Shown: piece by piece, positions 59,611 through 64,000 of the stretch
Position numbering within the stretch: the first letter of the stretch is position 1
Layout of the letters: every line of letters begins with the position of its first letter
Assembly: GCA_951406725.2 (NCBI GenBank)
Contig: OX597824.1
Coordinates: 99,882,001-99,946,000 of the forward strand
Direction of reading: 5' to 3'
Source: Octopus vulgaris
Lineage: Eukaryota
Length of the DNA stretch: 64,000 bases
Made by a program: the position numbers and the translations under genes
Notes under the pieces: generated by a model
Databases searched by the model: none
What the model saw: the letters and a program-made list of their open reading frames with translations, nothing else
Told to the model about the DNA's origin: nothing

Positions 59611-60059
59611 TTATTTTTTTTCTACTCTAGGCACAAGCCCTGAAATTTTTGGGGAAGGGACCAGTCGATAGGATTGAGCCCAGTATGCAAGTGGTACTTA
59701 ATTTATTGACCCTAAAAGAATGAAAGGCAAGGTCAACCTTGGCAGAATTTGAACTCAGAACGTAAAGACAGATGAAATACTGCTAAGCATTTCGCCCGCA
59801 TGCTAACGTTTCTGCCAGCTCACCATCTTATACAATATATATTATTCTTTTCTATCTAGGCTTAAGGCCCAAAATTTTGGTGGAGGGAGCCGGTCAGTTG
59901 GATTGACCCCAGTATGAAACTGGTACTTAATTTATTGACCCCAAAAGGATGAAAGGCAAAGTCAACCTCGGTGGAATTTGAACTCAGAACATAATGACAA
60001 ACGAAATACCGCTCAGTATTTCGCCTGAAATGCTAACGTTTCTGCCTGCTCACTGCCTT
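59611..60059 (-). mobile_element. Two tandem tRNA-derived SINEs
   Basis: Minus strand: ..GAGCTGGCAGAAACGTTAGC (A-box-like) ... GAGTTCAAATTC (B-box) ... GCCTTTCATCCTTT core; period about 230 bp. Confidence 0.88.
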
Positions 60060-61390
60060 ATACAATATATTTTATTGGTTAGACAATGTAACAGCTAGAA
60101 GTGAGTGAGGTATAGTATTAAGATGCAATTCCATCAGTTGAGTGCCCTGACTACTAAGTTGTCTGTATTTTCTTAGTATTCTTTATTTCACAGACCAAAT
60201 CAGAAATTTGGCAAATCCAAAACAAAAGAGTTTGATTTATTTTTTTTTGTTGAAGAGGCACTAAATTAAGCAAATTTCAGTGGTCAGGTCACCAAAAAAT
60301 CAGAATTTATTCATGCAGTTATCAAACATAAGTAAGAATGAAACTTCTAGCTGTGGCCAACTGGTTGTTTTTATTGAAGCAATTATTTCTTTCAAATTTT
60401 CCAGTTGTATATTTTATGGATTCAGAAATATTTTCTGCATTAGTAAGAATGGAAGTGTTCTAACTGCAACCAGCATATCTGTTTTCAAATTTAAATTCAG
60501 AGACAATACAAATGAAAAAGAGATATTTTTGCCGACATTTATTAAAGATATAACATCTTTTCATTATCTAAATATGAATAGCCAGACTAATAAAGGAAAG
60601 AAAAGATTTTATTTGCTTATTTTAGCCTTACAAAATTTCTATACAAATATCCAAATCTTCAAACTTTATAATATCCATTGTCAAGTAGAAGATTTGAACT
60701 ACACCCACACACCACTTTTTCAAACTAATTTTTATTTAATTCCAGTATGACTTTGGATTTTATCAACATCCTAACACTTGTAACCCCACCCCTCCCCATC
60801 TCAAAATCTTATATCCTGGTGACATTTAACTTCAGAACATAAGGTAATCAAAACACTTATCAATTTGTAATACTTTAAAAGAGCAAAGTAAAAGAAAATG
60901 TTAGCTTAATTTTATTTGAGTATTTTGTCCTTTCTTCCTACAATCATAAGTTGTTTTAACACAATTCACTTTGCTTTCCATCTTTTTGTGGGTATTGATG
61001 CAAACAACTATACTTCTCAGTTAAATACAATTAGCTATATCACCGTCACCACCATTGTTATTTAGTGCCGCTAATGGGTGATGAGTGGCATCTAGTCACA
61101 TTATTTATTTGTAGCTTGAGTGAGTAAAATGTCTTGGATAGAGACACATCATATTGTTGGAACTTCATTAGAACCAAACATTCTGCTAGGATATACATCA
61201 CCAATAATATGTAACTGCTGCATTCTGACTTGATCACCTGCACTGTGGTCATGATCAGAATGTACAGGTAGAAGAAAACTAATAAGGAAGGATGATATAA
61301 GCTGATAAATGTGGAATGGTTGGAATGCTTTCGATCATAGGTCTGCATCCAAAGCCCTAACCTGGGCAACAACAATGGCAACAACATATT

Positions 61391-61848
61391 CTTTTCTACT
61401 CTAGGCACAAGGCCCGAAATTTTGGGGGATGGGGACAGTTGATTAGATTGACCCCCAGTATGCAACTGGTACTTAATTTATTGACTCTGAAAGGATGAAA
61501 GGCAAAGTCGACCTCAGCAAAATTTGAACTCAGAATGTAAAGACAAAATACTGCTAAGCATTTTGCCCAGCGTGCTAACATTTCTGCTAGCTCGCCACCT
61601 TAATGCCAACAACATATTTCATTATTGCCTACAGGGGGCTAAACATAGAGGGGATAAACAAGGACAGACAAAGGGTTTTAAGTCGATTACACCAATCCCA
61701 GTGCATAATTGGTACTTATTTAATAGACCCCAGAAGAATGAAAGGCAAAGGCAACCTCAGTAGAATTTGAACTCAGAACGTAATGGCAGACGAAATACTG
61801 CTAGGCATTTCGCCCGGTGTGCTAATTTTTCTGCCAGCTCGCCACCTT
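61391..61848 (-). mobile_element. Two tandem tRNA-derived SINEs of different subfamilies
   Basis: Same head and core; different 3' parts (ctctaggcacaaggcccgaa versus gggggctaaacatagagggg). Confidence 0.88.
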
Positions 61849-62136
61849 AATGACAACAACATATTGCTAATAGAAGGATACAATAGGAGCTAGCAAATGG
61901 ATTGACACTGTTAAATTAACCAGTTGACAATAGTTACTGCAAGATATATTACCCAAACATTTTTGAAGTGAAAAATGTAAAATATATATATTTTAAAATT
62001 TTCTAAATGCTTTACAGTTCTTTGAAAGCAGGACTCTTTAAATTTTTATAACACTACATTTATATTCATTTTTAAAAAATATTAACACTAATTGTTGTAA
62101 ATAAAATATTTCTTGATGTCTTTCCCCTCTCTACAG

Positions 62137-62367
62137 TTCTACTTTGCAAAAATCCCTTATGATGCACACGCTAACCAACCAGAAGTATCTCTCTATGAAG
62201 GACAGTTTGTTACAGTCATTACAAAGAACGATGGAAATGGAAATACTGAATGGTGGGAAGTTGACACGGGTGACAATGTTGGATACTGTCCAGCTGTCTG
62301 CTTGGAAAAAGCAATCAATTTCATGGAAACTGAAGAAATACTTTTCGAAGAGATATTACCAATGTAG
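62137..62367 (+). CDS. RhoGEF terminal exon (SH3 domain and stop)
   Basis: cctctctacAG|; FYFAKIPYDAHANQPEVSLYEGQFVTVITKNDGNGNTEWWEVDTGDNVGYCPAVCLEK...PM*; the D..GNTEWW motif is characteristic of the last SH3 of Tuba/DNMBP-family proteins. Confidence 0.92.
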   Translation, partial: FYFAKIPYDAHANQPEVSLYEGQFVTVITKNDGNGNTEWWEVDTGDNVGYCPAVCLEKAINFMETEEILFEEILPM

Positions 62368-62405
62368 ATACTTTCTATCATTAATTGTAAAATTGTATTT
62401 ATACT

Positions 62406-62411
62406 AATAAA
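62406..62411 (+). terminator. Candidate polyadenylation signal AATAAA
   Basis: AATAAA about 40 nt after the TAG, followed by AT/T-rich sequence. Confidence 0.45.
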
Positions 62412-62472
62412 ATTATAATTGTTTACATTCATTATTGATATATAATTAATCATATTAAAATTCTCTCACTCT

Positions 62473-62515
<43 letters not shown>

Positions 62516-62516
62516 G

Positions 62517-62914
62517 CGTGATTGTTGCCAGGTCTGCTGACTGGCTCCTGTGCCGGTGACATGTAAAAAACACCATTCGAGCATGATCATTACCAGCATT
62601 GCCTTACTGGTGGCATGTAAAAGACAACATTTGAGCGAGGTTGTTGCCAGTACCACTGGACTGGCTCCTGTGCAGGTGGCACGTAAAAACACCATTTGAG
62701 TATGGCCATTGCCAGTACCACCTGACTGGCCTCGTGCCAGTAGCACATAAAAGCACCCACTACACTCTCGGAGTGGTTGGCATTAGGAAGGGCATCCAGT
62801 TGTAGAAACTCTGCCAAATCAGATTGGAACCTGGTACAGCCATCTGGCTTGCCAGTCCTCAGTCAAACCGTACAACCCATGCCAGCATGGAAAGCGGACG
62901 TTAAACAATGATTA

Positions 62915-62916
<2 letters not shown>
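62517..62916 (+). mobile_element. RTE-family 3' end (about 4 modules plus tail) inside (TA)n
   Basis: Modules, ggaagggcatccag box; (TA)n on both flanks (62487-62515 and 62917-62954). Confidence 0.88.
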
Positions 62917-62957
<41 letters not shown>

Positions 62958-64000
62958 AATTGGTCCAGGAAACTTGATGGTAAAATGTTTTTATTTTTTC
63001 ATTTTGTTCCTATCAAATTTTATCCCTAATTTTTGTGGTTATAGAACCTAGCTGTTCTTTCTAGCGTGTTAAATCCCACGAGTGAATTCCTTATGTGTTT
63101 AAATGTACATTGTATGTTATGACTAATACATAGTCTTTGGACTAAATTTTTACACGTTAGGCCACTGGAAATGAAAACTGAGACATTGGAGCTCAGGTGA
63201 ATCCTGTCCAACTCGTGCCAGCATTGAAAGTTGATGTAAAATAATGATGATTAGTATGTTTAGTGGTATGTTTTATCAAAACACACGTACTAGTATCTTT
63301 TCAGTTGTTACCAACAAATTTACTCATGAGGCTTTGATCAGCCCAGAGCCATTGTAAAATGTACTTGCTCAAAGTACTGCACATCTAAGACTACATTATG
63401 TAGTCAAAACTAAGTGATTGTGAATGTCTTAATCACACAACCAGTAGCTCATGATATGATTATTTATTCAGCTAAAAACCTACAATCTCAGTTTAAAAAG
63501 TATAAAGAATAGATGTTTGTATTTAAAGCAAATGGCTATCCGCCAGTTTTCAATCTGGATATCTTATACATCTAGATTGGCAGTTCCATTTCATGAAACC
63601 AACTGTGGCTAGTTTTAAGAAGTGGCCGTATCATTAACCTGATTTAGCCAGTTTAAATGTTATAGGATTAACAACATAGATTTTAATTCAACATAAAGCC
63701 ACTTTTTGTTATGGCTGTTGATTGAAATGATCTGTAATATATCCTTGAGATTTATTCTAACTATTACAAGGATGAAAGACAAAGTCAAGCTCTGTAAGAT
63801 TTGAACTTGGAATTGTGGTAACTCTGCCTTTTCTATGAAGTAACAAAACCTGTTAATATTCATGTCTTCTGACTTACCTTTCTGGTTCTTCATGCTGAGA
63901 ATTACCACAAGGCTTATACCAAGACCAGTTGCAAGAATGCAAAGGGAGATCATAACAGTTCTCATTTCTAACCAAATAAAGGGCCGATTGCCTCTTTTCG

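Noticed and set aside
59760-59830. tRNA gene
   Set aside because: Only A/B-box-like SINE head with no complete cloverleaf; multiple decayed copies in the window
60280-60750. 156-aa ORF as an extra exon or gene
   Set aside because: AT-rich composition (F/I/N/K), no domain motif and no convincing splice boundaries

Overview
This is eukaryotic, repeat-rich genomic DNA; the repeat repertoire suggests an octopus or other coleoid cephalopod (inference). The window holds the 3' part of one spliced gene on the + strand: 12 coding exons from 1060 to 62367, all GT-AG and phase-compatible. They encode DH(RhoGEF)-BAR-SH3, a divergent Tuba/DNMBP-ARHGEF37/38-family protein with only one C-terminal SH3. 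The introns are dominated by about 20 copies of one RTE-clade LINE family. Its reverse transcriptase carries an internal C4HC3 PHD finger, and its 3' UTR contains a 62-66-bp hairpin/pseudoknot-like module. That module has expanded into minisatellite arrays of about 22 units (7160-8575) and about 110 units (33953-41370). Also present are a Chapaev3-like DNA transposon, hAT-, Merlin- and piggyBac-like MITEs, two non-autonomous Helitrons, a decayed R4/Dong-like LINE, a second RTE lineage and tRNA-derived SINEs, two pairs of which are stacked at re-used target sites. The giant minus-strand ORFs in the ORF track are repeat artefacts. There are no CRISPR or prokaryotic features.
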